Positions 38,045-47,132 of a DNA stretch of 64,000 nt are shown here, one piece after another (the stretch's first letter is position 1; every line of letters begins with the position of its first letter). Below the pieces are notes generated by a model. That model ran no database searches. It saw only the letters and a list, made by a program, of their open reading frames with translations, and had not been told where the DNA came from. The stretch is from the IMG/VR virus record IMGVR_UViG_3300020392_000009, positions 27,672 through 91,671 of that record; one strand, given 5' to 3'. The position numbers were made by a program, and so were the translations under genes. Source of the stretch: a virus.

Positions 38045-38054
38045 AGGAATCCTC

Positions 38055-38081
38055 TTACCATATGGTAATGCTTTGCATTAC
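38055..38081. promoter_or_regulatory. CCATATGG palindromic site, copy 2
   Basis: Perfect TTACCATATGGTAA overlapping a GTAATGC-TTT-GCATTAC inverted repeat. Confidence 0.55.
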
Positions 38082-38110
38082 TCAAATCCGAGTCAAAATA
38101 AAAAAAAGGC

Positions 38111-38142
38111 CGGGAGACTAGAGTATTTCATCTAGTCTCCCG
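38111..38142 (-). terminator. Stem-loop plus U-tract terminator
   Basis: CGGGAGACTAGA-8nt-TCTAGTCTCCCG, then a T-run on the minus strand downstream of 38171..38716. Confidence 0.7.
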
Positions 38143-38170
38143 ATAGGGCAACGAGTGGTAGTGAATCTAA

Positions 38171-38716
38171 TCACTCTTCTTTGGCAACCTCCGAGTTACT
38201 AACTTTTAGAGGTGGTGCTACGACAATAGGTAAACCATCGCCATCTGCTCCGCTAAATCTGCCTTCTTTGAATGCTGTAACCATGTTACGCATGCAATGA
38301 TTTTCAACATAAGTTGCTATATCATCAATGGTTTCATAGTTACCGCCTCTTCGACCTAATCCCATGTAGAATGTATTTAGTAGTATAGTTATGACATTAG
38401 TAGGCAACGATACAAATGCATTTGTTACTTGAGTCATCGCAGTCTCGGCAATAACCTGTAAATCGGTAGGCAAGACTGAATCTCGTCCAATTCTCGCTTT
38501 TGGGAAATCATCCCATCTTTTGCCGTTATCTCGAAGAACTCCCCAACAAAGCGTTAGTTCGTCCTGCTTTTCTTCATCAGTAAAATCATCATCATCTACA
38601 ACTGAATCACCTAATTCAAGTTGCATCTTAATGATATTACCTCGCTTTCCTCTTTTTTCCTTTGCCAACCAAGCGTGAACTTGAGATGACAATTTCATCC
38701 AATTCTCTATCTTCAT
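38171..38716 (-). CDS. Early-region paralog A
   Basis: Shares [LI]ELG, LCW, FPKAR.GRD, GR.GG.Y with 38939..39535. Confidence 0.75.
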   Translation of the reverse strand: MKIENWMKLSSQVHAWLAKEKRGKRGNIIKMQLELGDSVVDDDDFTDEEKQDELTLCWGVLRDNGKRWDDFPKARIGRDSVLPTDLQVIAETAMTQVTNAFVSLPTNVITILLNTFYMGLGRRGGNYETIDDIATYVENHCMRNMVTAFKEGRFSGADGDGLPIVVAPPLKVSNSEVAKEE

Positions 38717-38792
38717 TTTTTCAACTCCTTATTTGAGTCACTACCACTCGAAGCACTAGTAGTATGCATGGATATATGATAGGTTCAAGGTA

Positions 38793-38817
38793 TGCAAAGC
38801 AACCATATGGTTGTGCT
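38793..38817. promoter_or_regulatory. CCATATGG palindromic site, copy 3
   Basis: TGCAAAG followed by a perfect CAACCATATGGTTG. Confidence 0.55.
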
Positions 38818-38877
38818 ACTTTGTTATTTGCAGGGAGGTGAGGGGCTAAAAAATTTAAAAAAATAAAAAAAAGGAAA

Positions 38878-38909
38878 GCGGGAGAACCGAATTTAATCAG
38901 TTCTCCCGC
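38878..38909 (-). terminator. Stem-loop plus U-tract terminator
   Basis: GCGGGAGAAC-12nt-GTTCTCCCGC followed by T-runs on the minus strand. Confidence 0.7.
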
Positions 38910-38938
38910 TAGGGGCAACAGAGGGAAACAAGCGAGAA

Positions 38939-39535
38939 TCACTCATTAGACTCCTCTAATTTGGCATTAGCGGCCTCTTTCTCCTCCTTAGTTGGTGGTG
39001 GGGTCATTTGTGGTAGTTCGTTCTTAATGACCCAATCACCCTTTTTGTCGAGTATTGCTCGACCATCATCAATAGATGACTCCATGTTTCTAACGGCTAC
39101 ATCTACTAGATAGTTGGCAACGGCTTCAAAGTTTGAATAAACTCCACCAGTGCGACCATGAGGTAGATAGTAGTTGCAGAACATAGCCTGTAATTCAGTA
39201 GGGATTGCCAGTAAAGCATTCAAGTATGCTTGGGAAGAAGTAGTCATTGTAACCCTTAGATTTGTAGGGTATTTGTCGTCTCTTCCCATTCTCGCTTTGG
39301 GGAAAGGTGGTGCATCCTCCACTTTGTCATTGAAATACTTACCATTCTTACCAATGGTCTCCCAACAAAGTTTTCTTTCATCATCATCGGCCGTGTCATC
39401 TAGACCCAGTTCAATGTTAGTGGTTATTTGGTTAATCCTCGCCATATTTTTGCGAACACTAGTAACCGAATCCGGTAGAGACTTAATCCAAGCCTCAACC
39501 TTCGCTGTGTTATCCATAAATCTTGCTTCTTGCAT
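38939..39535 (-). CDS. Early-region paralog B
   Basis: Probable ATG at 39535 (MQEARF) after a GGAGTGA RBS. Confidence 0.75.
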   Translation of the reverse strand: MQEARFMDNTAKVEAWIKSLPDSVTSVRKNMARINQITTNIELGLDDTADDDERKLCWETIGKNGKYFNDKVEDAPPFPKARMGRDDKYPTNLRVTMTTSSQAYLNALLAIPTELQAMFCNYYLPHGRTGGVYSNFEAVANYLVDVAVRNMESSIDDGRAILDKKGDWVIKNELPQMTPPPTKEEKEAANAKLEESNE

Positions 39536-39637
39536 TTTTTTCACTCCTATGTTTATGAGTTTGCTTCTTGTTCCCTCTGAAGCACTAATAGTATGAGGGG
39601 TTGCTTTAGGGTTGTCGCTCTCCAAAGTATCGCTATG

Positions 39638-39650
39638 ACCATATGGTTGT
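39638..39650. promoter_or_regulatory. CCATATGG palindromic site, copy 4
   Basis: ACCATATGGTTGT, upstream of paralog B. Confidence 0.5.
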
Positions 39651-39769
39651 GGGAGATAAGTCTCTTTAAACATAGAGATGTCCTAAATCAAATCACCTTA
39701 CCTTCCAAAAATAGGTGTTATTTTCATTCTCTAAATACCAACCTCTTATTGATACTCATTCTCAATTGA

Positions 39770-40170
39770 ACTTATATGAATTAATATTTTATTATTATAT
39801 ATTATATTATTATATAATATAGGATAAATAATCGAGGGTGTTTTTTCTGCTTCCCTTCCTGACAAATCAATCTTTCAAAGTTGGTGGATTCGTCCGGAGG
39901 TCAAAAATAGGCCGGACAGGACATATCAAAAGCATAATGGTATAGTTATGTATCATTATTATATTATTTTAATAATATATCCTATATCCGATACATCCGG
40001 TATAGTATATAGCATTCCTATAGTCAAAAAAACCCTAGAGAGTAGTAGTAGTAGAGAGGGGGGTAAGTCCGGACAGGACAGGACGAAAAATATTGCAGGT
40101 TTGGCCTCATTATGAATAGGTTATGTTGCATAACCCTTCGTCCGGTAATCGGACATATTTTCCGGACACA
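39770..40170. repeat. AT-rich region with CCGG/GGACA repeats at the strand switch; candidate origin or terminus
   Basis: tattat-rich tracts plus gtccgga, gccggacaggaca, gtccggacaggacaggac, gtccggtaatcggaca, tccggaca. Confidence 0.5.
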
Positions 40171-40333
40171 TATCTAAACTGAAGGAATTAGCAATTTTAC
40201 CTTTTGGTTTAGTTTATCTAACGCAATATATTTTAACCGTTTTTATTTTTATCAATAATGCCTGTAATTGATGATAGACGAAATATGTTGATAAATAGCG
40301 TTATTTAAATAGTGGTGGCTTTTATCTCGTTAC

Positions 40334-40834
40334 ATGCCTAAAGTTAAGAATGTCAAAGAGGAGAGAGTTAATAAACAAAGTTCAGAGAATGCCGAATGGG
40401 AATCATTAGTGTATGATGCTAGGGAGTTCATGAAAGATGCTGAACTTCCAAAATCAATCACGAAAATAGTAGAGATGAATATAGAGTTAGGTAATTCTAT
40501 TGTAGAGGAGAGAAATGTCGCTATGAAAAGCATCAAGAATATGCTAAAAAATAGAAATGGGACACCTTTCCGTAGAGGATTGAAGTCAAGGCATCCGGCA
40601 TATGCTAGAATTTCCATAGATGCAATATGCCAAGACGCAACAGATGATTATGCGACCTTCTTCAACAGCAGACCATATTACAAGAATATTCTAAAGAAAC
40701 ATCAAAAGAGTGGCGGTGGTAACTATGATGGTGTAAATGATTTCTCAAGAGTTATGGTAAAGCGTCTAAGGGACACCCTCAACATTATGATAGATGATGG
40801 CGATTGGGATGGTAAAATAGAATCACTTTATTGA
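40334..40834 (+). CDS. Early-region paralog C (divergent)
   Basis: NIELG, PF, GGGNY, IDDG motifs shared with A and B. Confidence 0.7.
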   Translation: MPKVKNVKEERVNKQSSENAEWESLVYDAREFMKDAELPKSITKIVEMNIELGNSIVEERNVAMKSIKNMLKNRNGTPFRRGLKSRHPAYARISIDAICQDATDDYATFFNSRPYYKNILKKHQKSGGGNYDGVNDFSRVMVKRLRDTLNIMIDDGDWDGKIESLY

Positions 40835-41100
40835 TTTCTTAGGGATATAGATTTAGTGAAACATTGTTGGTTTTTTCAAACAATGTTCGACCCTCATGGG
40901 GTGGGGGTTATAAAGCAACGGCGGCCTCCATGAGTGGCTCAAGTGGGTATGTGCAAGCCGTGACACATAAACGGTTTAATCAAATCATTTGAATCAAGAA
41001 ACTTTAGTGACGACAGGGGCAACAAAGAAGTATTACGGTTTGGTTAATTCCAAATGCGGTAGTCGTCACTAAGGTTTCAACACAAAAAGGAAGTGAAAAA

Positions 41101-42534
41101 ATGATAACAGGAACACAAGAACAGAAAGCAATATGGAATGAAATAGAAAATGGTGAAAGTCATGTAATGGTGAATGCCGGTGCAGGAACAGGAAAGACAT
41201 TCACTATCGTTGAAGGAGCAAATAGAATAGATGGTCAAAAAGCCGCATTCTTAGCATTCAACAAATCTATCGCAACAGAACTACAAAAGAGACTGCCGGA
41301 AGAAGTCGAAGCAAAGACATTTCACGCATTTGGATTTGCGGCAATTAGAAAGGCAGGAATAAAAACTAGAGTAAATAATTACAAACTAACCAACATCATT
41401 CGTGAGTTGCTAGGTAAAGATTTCAATGTGACACCCTTGAAGAAACTAATATCACTAGTCAAGGGTTCAATGATTGAGGGCAAAGATGTTAAATCAATTC
41501 TTGGTTTGATTGATGAATACAACATTAACTTCAATTCGGACAGAGAAGAAACTCTATCAATAGAGTCTATCCCTGCTATCCTAAATATGTGCAGAACACA
41601 AACAGGAACAATTGATTTCGATGATATGATTTGGCTACCTTTGGTAAACGAATATCCTCTACCCCACTACGATGTAATGTTTGTAGATGAAGCACAAGAT
41701 TTCAATGAAGCACAAAGAGAACTTATTTCTCGCTGTGTTAATGGTGGCCGATGTATTATTGTTGGAGATAAAAATCAAGCAATCTACGGTTTTCGAGGAG
41801 CAGATTCTAATTCAATGGCTATGTTTAGAGACAGGTTAGTTAAGAAAGGTGAGAGAGAAGTAAAAGATTTCTCACTAAGTATTACATGGAGATGCCCTAC
41901 ATCAGTAGTTGAAGAAGCAAATAGATATGTCAAAGAGTTCTATGCTCATGATGATGCTGAGGTTGGTAGTGTAAATGAATTTGCACCGTTTAATCCTCAA
42001 AGGAATGATATGGTTCTATGCAGATACAATGCTCCACTAGTTAGCGCATTCTATGATTTAATTAGTCAAGGCAAATCAGCCTATATTCTAGGCCGAGATA
42101 TGACTAAAGGTTTAATCAACTCTGTTGAAAAAGTAACAAAGAATCACCAAATGGGTAGTGATGAGTTTTGGAGTTTATATTTATCCGACTTTAACTACAA
42201 CTACAACAAACTAATCCAACAGGAAAAGAAGTCTAAGGCTCTTGCTTTAGAGGATAAGAAAGACTGTATCAGTATCTTTGCTCACAAAGCAAAAACTGTT
42301 GGCGGTATTATTGAAGAAATCAAGAGAGTATTTGATGGTAATGATGAAGGAGAGATTATGCTCTCAACTGTTCATAAAGCAAAAGGTCTAGAAGCAGACA
42401 ATGTTTATCTTCTAGCAACTGAAAGAATGCCTCATCCATTAGGAGGCCAAGAGGAGAATAACATTTGCTATGTAGCAATAACAAGAGCAAAGAAAAACCT
42501 ATTTTATGTAGGTGAAAAACCAAAGAGGGTGTGA
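41101..42534 (+). CDS. Superfamily 1 (UvrD/Rep-like) helicase
   Basis: AGAGTGKT, VDEAQD, VGDKNQAIYGFRGA, STVHKAKGLE, YVAITRAK. Confidence 0.92.
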   Translation: MITGTQEQKAIWNEIENGESHVMVNAGAGTGKTFTIVEGANRIDGQKAAFLAFNKSIATELQKRLPEEVEAKTFHAFGFAAIRKAGIKTRVNNYKLTNIIRELLGKDFNVTPLKKLISLVKGSMIEGKDVKSILGLIDEYNINFNSDREETLSIESIPAILNMCRTQTGTIDFDDMIWLPLVNEYPLPHYDVMFVDEAQDFNEAQRELISRCVNGGRCIIVGDKNQAIYGFRGADSNSMAMFRDRLVKKGEREVKDFSLSITWRCPTSVVEEANRYVKEFYAHDDAEVGSVNEFAPFNPQRNDMVLCRYNAPLVSAFYDLISQGKSAYILGRDMTKGLINSVEKVTKNHQMGSDEFWSLYLSDFNYNYNKLIQQEKKSKALALEDKKDCISIFAHKAKTVGGIIEEIKRVFDGNDEGEIMLSTVHKAKGLEADNVYLLATERMPHPLGGQEENNICYVAITRAKKNLFYVGEKPKRV

Positions 42535-42538
42535 AAAT

Positions 42539-43780
42539 ATGAGAAGAGAATTATCAAATGGAAGATGGGATAGAGTCCTAAAAAGAAGAATGGTTGAATT
42601 ATCAGTAGCAGATAATTACGATGATGCTAAACACGAATGGATAGCAACTGGTAATGTTTGGTGGAGTGGTAATGGAGAAATACCCGATTGGGTCAGTAAT
42701 TCACACCATCAAAACTATTGTCTTTGTGGTCATGGTATTGTTTATCATTTCCATATCAAGAATACAGAAAATGGTAATGAAGATGTAGTCGGCAGTGACC
42801 ATATTAACTCCTACCTAATCATTAGACAGATTGCTCAAGAACTAAAAATTGACATTAATGAAGTAACAGATGAACAAGTTGCTGAATGGATTAAGGTTAG
42901 AGTTGGTTCTATGAAAGCAGAAGCATGGTGGGCTGAAAATGGTGAAATGTTTGAAGAGAGATTTAACTTTGTTAAAGAGTATGATTTGTGGAATAACACA
43001 AGAACAACTGATTGGTATTGGGACAATTCTCTAAAAATGACTAGACCTAGATTAGCCCTGCGTAAGAAAGGTAGTGGAACATTTGGAAACTCTGATTATA
43101 AAATGGCTTCTGTTGTTTGGAGATGGAATCATCCTAATAATCCTAAGAATCAACAAAGAGTTCATGGCTATCCTAACAAGAAACTAATGATGGATATTAA
43201 CTATCTATTCGTAAGAGAAAAGGATAGTATTCTAGAGTTTATGGAAACTCAAAGAAAACTCGAAGAGAAAAGAGCCGAGATTGCCGAAGAACGACGAATA
43301 GAACAAGAACGACGACAAAGAGAACAAGAAGAAAGACAAAGAAAGTGGGAAGAAGAAAGACCTGCTAGAGAAGCAAGAGAAGCCGCTAGAAAAGAACAAC
43401 AGCGAATATTAAGAGAGCGACGGGAACTAGAAGCAAAAAGACAACAGCAAATAAAACTGGCTCAAAGTGCGGAAAACTTACAAACTAGGGATGAGAATTT
43501 TGAGGAAATGTGCCACTACTACGGAGTTCAACCATTTGGTTTAGAAACTGCTCAAAATGATTGGGAACGAAACTTCCTAAGTAGTATTAAAACTCAGATG
43601 ATTCAAAAGAAAGAACTAACATTACCACAATTAACAACGCTTAAAAGAGTTCTAACTTCTCAACCTACTGAAAAACAAATCAAGTTCTTGATTGATTTGG
43701 GTTATGAAGATGTTGATTCTATTAAGTCCAAGAATGAGGCTTCTAAGATAATTGGTCGCCTGTTACTTCGTGAGGACTGA
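42539..43780 (+). CDS. Hypothetical protein with a CLCGH Zn-binding motif and coiled coil
   Basis: YCLCGHGI...VGSDHI, then an E/R-rich coil. Confidence 0.7.
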   Translation: MRRELSNGRWDRVLKRRMVELSVADNYDDAKHEWIATGNVWWSGNGEIPDWVSNSHHQNYCLCGHGIVYHFHIKNTENGNEDVVGSDHINSYLIIRQIAQELKIDINEVTDEQVAEWIKVRVGSMKAEAWWAENGEMFEERFNFVKEYDLWNNTRTTDWYWDNSLKMTRPRLALRKKGSGTFGNSDYKMASVVWRWNHPNNPKNQQRVHGYPNKKLMMDINYLFVREKDSILEFMETQRKLEEKRAEIAEERRIEQERRQREQEERQRKWEEERPAREAREAARKEQQRILRERRELEAKRQQQIKLAQSAENLQTRDENFEEMCHYYGVQPFGLETAQNDWERNFLSSIKTQMIQKKELTLPQLTTLKRVLTSQPTEKQIKFLIDLGYEDVDSIKSKNEASKIIGRLLLRED

Positions 43781-43882
43781 ACTAGAATGGGGTTTTTTGA
43801 GAGTAATGAATAGCGAATCCTAATATACCTTATCATAGGCTACTTTCACTAGCCTGCTATTCCCCCTATTGGAGTTGATACT

Positions 43883-44110
43883 ATGTTCAATTGGCTTAAG
43901 CAGTTCTTTGTAAAAGAACGAAAAGAACAAATTCCTAAATGTTACAAGTGTGGATTGGTGGCATCCACAATGGTATTTATGGAATTCAAAACTATGGAAC
44001 TAGAACAAATAGAAGAAAGTATTCTAGTTCAACTTTGTAATCATTGTCATAAAGAATTATTTGTTTTGTATGACAAAGACTACATTCCACCACTAATAAA
44101 GGAAGAATAA
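43883..44110 (+). CDS. Small Zn-finger protein
   Basis: CYKC...CNHC. Confidence 0.6.
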   Translation: MFNWLKQFFVKERKEQIPKCYKCGLVASTMVFMEFKTMELEQIEESILVQLCNHCHKELFVLYDKDYIPPLIKEE

Positions 44111-44282
44111 AAATGAAAATGAAAGAAATAATACCTAAGCACAAACAACACCAATACAAACCTGAATATCTAGATAGAGGTGTGGCTATGGAACAACGAA
44201 GAATAGAGATATTCAAGAAACTAGTTGCTGTAAATTACAGTCACTCAAAAGCATATGAAATATCAAAAAGGAGAATGAAAAT

Positions 44283-44531
44283 ATGAAAATAAAACAAGAA
44301 TTTGGAAATACAATATATAACGATGGAACAATTGCTATGAAAGTAAGATACATTTTTGAAGATGCAGTATCTATGATGCTATTTTTCAAAGATGATATCT
44401 GGTATAATAGAGAGCCAAATGATGGTAATAGTTGGGAAGTTAATAGAAGCAATTTAACTATAACTTGCACTACCTATGTCAAGGCACTAGACCATTATAA
44501 CTCATTGATAAAAGAGGGCGAAGAAGAATGA
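44283..44531 (+). CDS. Hypothetical protein
   Basis: 82 aa with an RBS, co-oriented. Confidence 0.55.
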   Translation: MKIKQEFGNTIYNDGTIAMKVRYIFEDAVSMMLFFKDDIWYNREPNDGNSWEVNRSNLTITCTTYVKALDHYNSLIKEGEEE

Positions 44532-44785
44532 AAGTAAATTGGAATGAACTATGGAAAAAATATTATCCTAAATTAAGTCCTAAAGAAGCGCATGCAGAAT
44601 TAATGCAAAGGTTTCCTGAATTAGCAGAGGTGAAAGAAGATGAGTAATTACCCCGATAATATGTGTTGGGCATCATTAGATGACCATTTAGACCCACAAT
44701 TAGATTGTGGCTGTTATTCAAGTGATGATTGTGACTGCTATTTAGAATGCGGTTGTTATGTAGAAGAATGCGAGTGTGAGGAAGA

Positions 44786-45430
44786 ATGAATATATTTGCA
44801 TTATCAAGATGTCCCATTGAATCAACTGTTCAAATGATAGACAAACACATAGTTAAGATGCCAACGGAAACTTGCCAAATGCTACATACTAATGCACTAT
44901 TTCAAGAGTTTTCTGATATGTATGGCTACGAACCTAGTCTTGCTAGATTGAAAGAATACCATGAAGAAAGCGGCTCTATTCTAATGAAGCCTGCTATGCT
45001 TAATCACCCTAGCACTATTTGGGCTAGACAAAGTATTCATAACACCCTTTGGCTTTATCAGCATGGTATGGCGCTTTGTGAAGAATATACCTTTAGATAT
45101 GGTAAAGTGCATGGAACTTATAACAGAATGCTACAAACACCTATGGAGTTTGATGCAGATTCTAATTTAGCAACTCCCGTTCATATTGCCATGTTTGATG
45201 TTTACCGATTAGATAGGAACGATTATCTACATTTAAATGACTGGGACTTTGTTATCAAAAGTTATCAGCATTATTATTTAGAAGCAAAATGGTCTTTTGC
45301 TAATTGGAAATCTAGAGATATTCCTAGTTGGTGGCCTAAAGACCACATAGAAAAGAAATATGCCCCTGTTAGAGAGGCATATCAAAGAAAAATAGAAGAA
45401 TACAGGAGGAAAGCACTTGAGAACTTGTGA
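44786..45430 (+). CDS. Pyrimidine-dimer DNA glycosylase / endonuclease V-like protein
   Basis: MNIF...DKHIVKMPTETCQML...NHPSTIWARQS...LCEEYTFRYGKVH. Confidence 0.75.
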   Translation: MNIFALSRCPIESTVQMIDKHIVKMPTETCQMLHTNALFQEFSDMYGYEPSLARLKEYHEESGSILMKPAMLNHPSTIWARQSIHNTLWLYQHGMALCEEYTFRYGKVHGTYNRMLQTPMEFDADSNLATPVHIAMFDVYRLDRNDYLHLNDWDFVIKSYQHYYLEAKWSFANWKSRDIPSWWPKDHIEKKYAPVREAYQRKIEEYRRKALENL

Positions 45431-45740
45431 GATATGTGAAGGTAAAGGTTGGTATTTAAGTTCAGACCCAACCTATGAATGTGTAATAAAAGAAGAATGT
45501 TTGGATTGTAAATACCATGAAATGTATCGAGATTCAGTAACAGAAAATCTTTACAAATTATTTAGGGATGTTAGTCCTGTTAAGGTTGCCATTCTTTTAG
45601 CAGAATTTATTGTTAATTCTGTTGATGCTAACCCAAAAGATAAACTAGATAGGTTAGATGAAATAGTCATGTCTAAGAACACTAGAGGAGTAATGCTTCT
45701 AGGTCAAGGATATGCAAATGCTCTAAAGGAGGAAATATAA
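45417..45740 (+). CDS. Zn-finger protein
   Basis: CEICEGKG...CLDC. Confidence 0.6.
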   Translation: MRTCEICEGKGWYLSSDPTYECVIKEECLDCKYHEMYRDSVTENLYKLFRDVSPVKVAILLAEFIVNSVDANPKDKLDRLDEIVMSKNTRGVMLLGQGYANALKEEI

Positions 45741-46000
45741 TGGAAGTAGAATATAGAATAATAAACTCGGCAGAAATGCCACCGATAATAATAAGCCAAA
45801 CTGAAAATGATAAGCCTAAAATCGTAGTCAATTCATATCATAAAATATGGATTAGTCTGTATCGCAAGACGATAGCAGGAATAGTTCATAGTCTACAGGA
45901 TAAGATGGACGACCTTTTGACATCATTTTTAGTGGAACAAAGACAGTTTGAAAAAGATGACCAAGATTTTATGAATGATTCAACAGGTGATTTAGAATGA
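45740..46000 (+). CDS. Hypothetical protein
   Basis: Overlap-coupled 86 aa. Confidence 0.6.
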   Translation: MEVEYRIINSAEMPPIIISQTENDKPKIVVNSYHKIWISLYRKTIAGIVHSLQDKMDDLLTSFLVEQRQFEKDDQDFMNDSTGDLE

Positions 46001-46165
46001 TACAGAAGATTTTGAAGATAACAGGCGACATATTGAGTGTTTGCTTGGTATGGGGGCTAGCCCTACTATTGCTACCCCTCATATTGATTATTGCCCCGTT
46101 CAGCCTTTTGGCCTGAATAGTTTAAATAGTGGAGAGAAAGAAAGAAAAATACAGGAGATGAAAAT

Positions 46166-46372
46166 ATGATTAAGTTAAGAATAATGAATGATACCGGACA
46201 CACAGATTTGATGTTAGAAGCAAGTAGCGTGATTGAGCAGATAGAAACTCACCCTACCCATTGGTGTTTTATTGATGGAGAAATGGTAGCGAGAGAAGAT
46301 ATTGCAGAGATTAACTGGGAAACTGTTGAGACAGTAGACCTAGTAAATGCTATCGTTGGAGGAAACCTTTGA
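46166..46372 (+). CDS. Ubiquitin-like (ThiS/MoaD/SAMP-type beta-grasp) protein
   Basis: 68 aa: MIKLRI...FIDGEMV...VDLVNAIVGG-NL, a diglycine followed by a two-residue extension. Confidence 0.7.
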   Translation: MIKLRIMNDTGHTDLMLEASSVIEQIETHPTHWCFIDGEMVAREDIAEINWETVETVDLVNAIVGGNL

Positions 46373-46398
46373 ATTAGACTATTCGTTCTTTCCCCTTA

Positions 46399-46436
46399 GA
46401 GGGGTAGACTCGTAATGGGGCTTGAGTCTACCCCTC
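46399..46436 (+). terminator. Perfect 13-bp stem-loop after the Ubl gene
   Basis: GAGGGGTAGACTC-12nt-GAGTCTACCCCTC; no clear U-tract. Confidence 0.5.
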
Positions 46437-46626
46437 ACAAAACGATAGGTTTATGTTCCTTATCCTATTCAAAATCAAATATGAATGATGAGCAGATAGT
46501 TGCACAGTCTTTCGAGGAACTAAGAAAGATGATTCATACCGATAGATTAACTCAAAAAGAAGTTGATAGAGGTATGAAGATAATCACAACTTTAGAGAAG
46601 TTGTTTAGATTAAAGGAGGTCTAGTA

Positions 46627-47013
46627 GTGCCTAGCCTCGTTAAAAAATATAATGAAGCACTAGACATAATGCTCTTTATTTTGAAAGACTTTTCAAGCGA
46701 GAGCATTCTTATTATGAAAAATTCAATAAAAGTAATTGAAGAGTTTCATGACATATTCGATACGGATGCTAGTAAAATATCAACGCTACATTATGATTTT
46801 TGTAGACTTGATGAACTATATAAAATTGAAGAAGCGGTTGAAATTGGTTTTAAAAAATTTTTAATTAAAAACATAAAAGAAACTAAAAGCATGCTAGACT
46901 ACCATAACCACAATTGTAAAACTAGTTGTATAATTTGTGAAACAAGGAAAAAAATGGAAGGTGAATTATTTGAAAGAAAAAGACCCAAAATACCAAAAAA
47001 GCACAAGAAATAA
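46627..47013 (+). CDS. Hypothetical protein with a Cys/His cluster
   Basis: HNHNCKTSCIIC. Confidence 0.55.
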   Translation: MPSLVKKYNEALDIMLFILKDFSSESILIMKNSIKVIEEFHDIFDTDASKISTLHYDFCRLDELYKIEEAVEIGFKKFLIKNIKETKSMLDYHNHNCKTSCIICETRKKMEGELFERKRPKIPKKHKK

Positions 47014-47132
47014 GAAAATAGCAACAAGATGTAGAGTTTGTGGTGGCCAACTTACTAACATAATAGAAATAGAAAATGAGTGTCACATAATCTGTGACAA
47101 AGATAATAAAAATGTATATATGATGTGATAAT

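Noticed and set aside
38721-38942. 73-aa minus-strand ORF and the long 5' extension of 38939..39673
   Set aside because: They overlap terminator and palindrome elements. Paralog alignment and the RBS favour a start at 39535.
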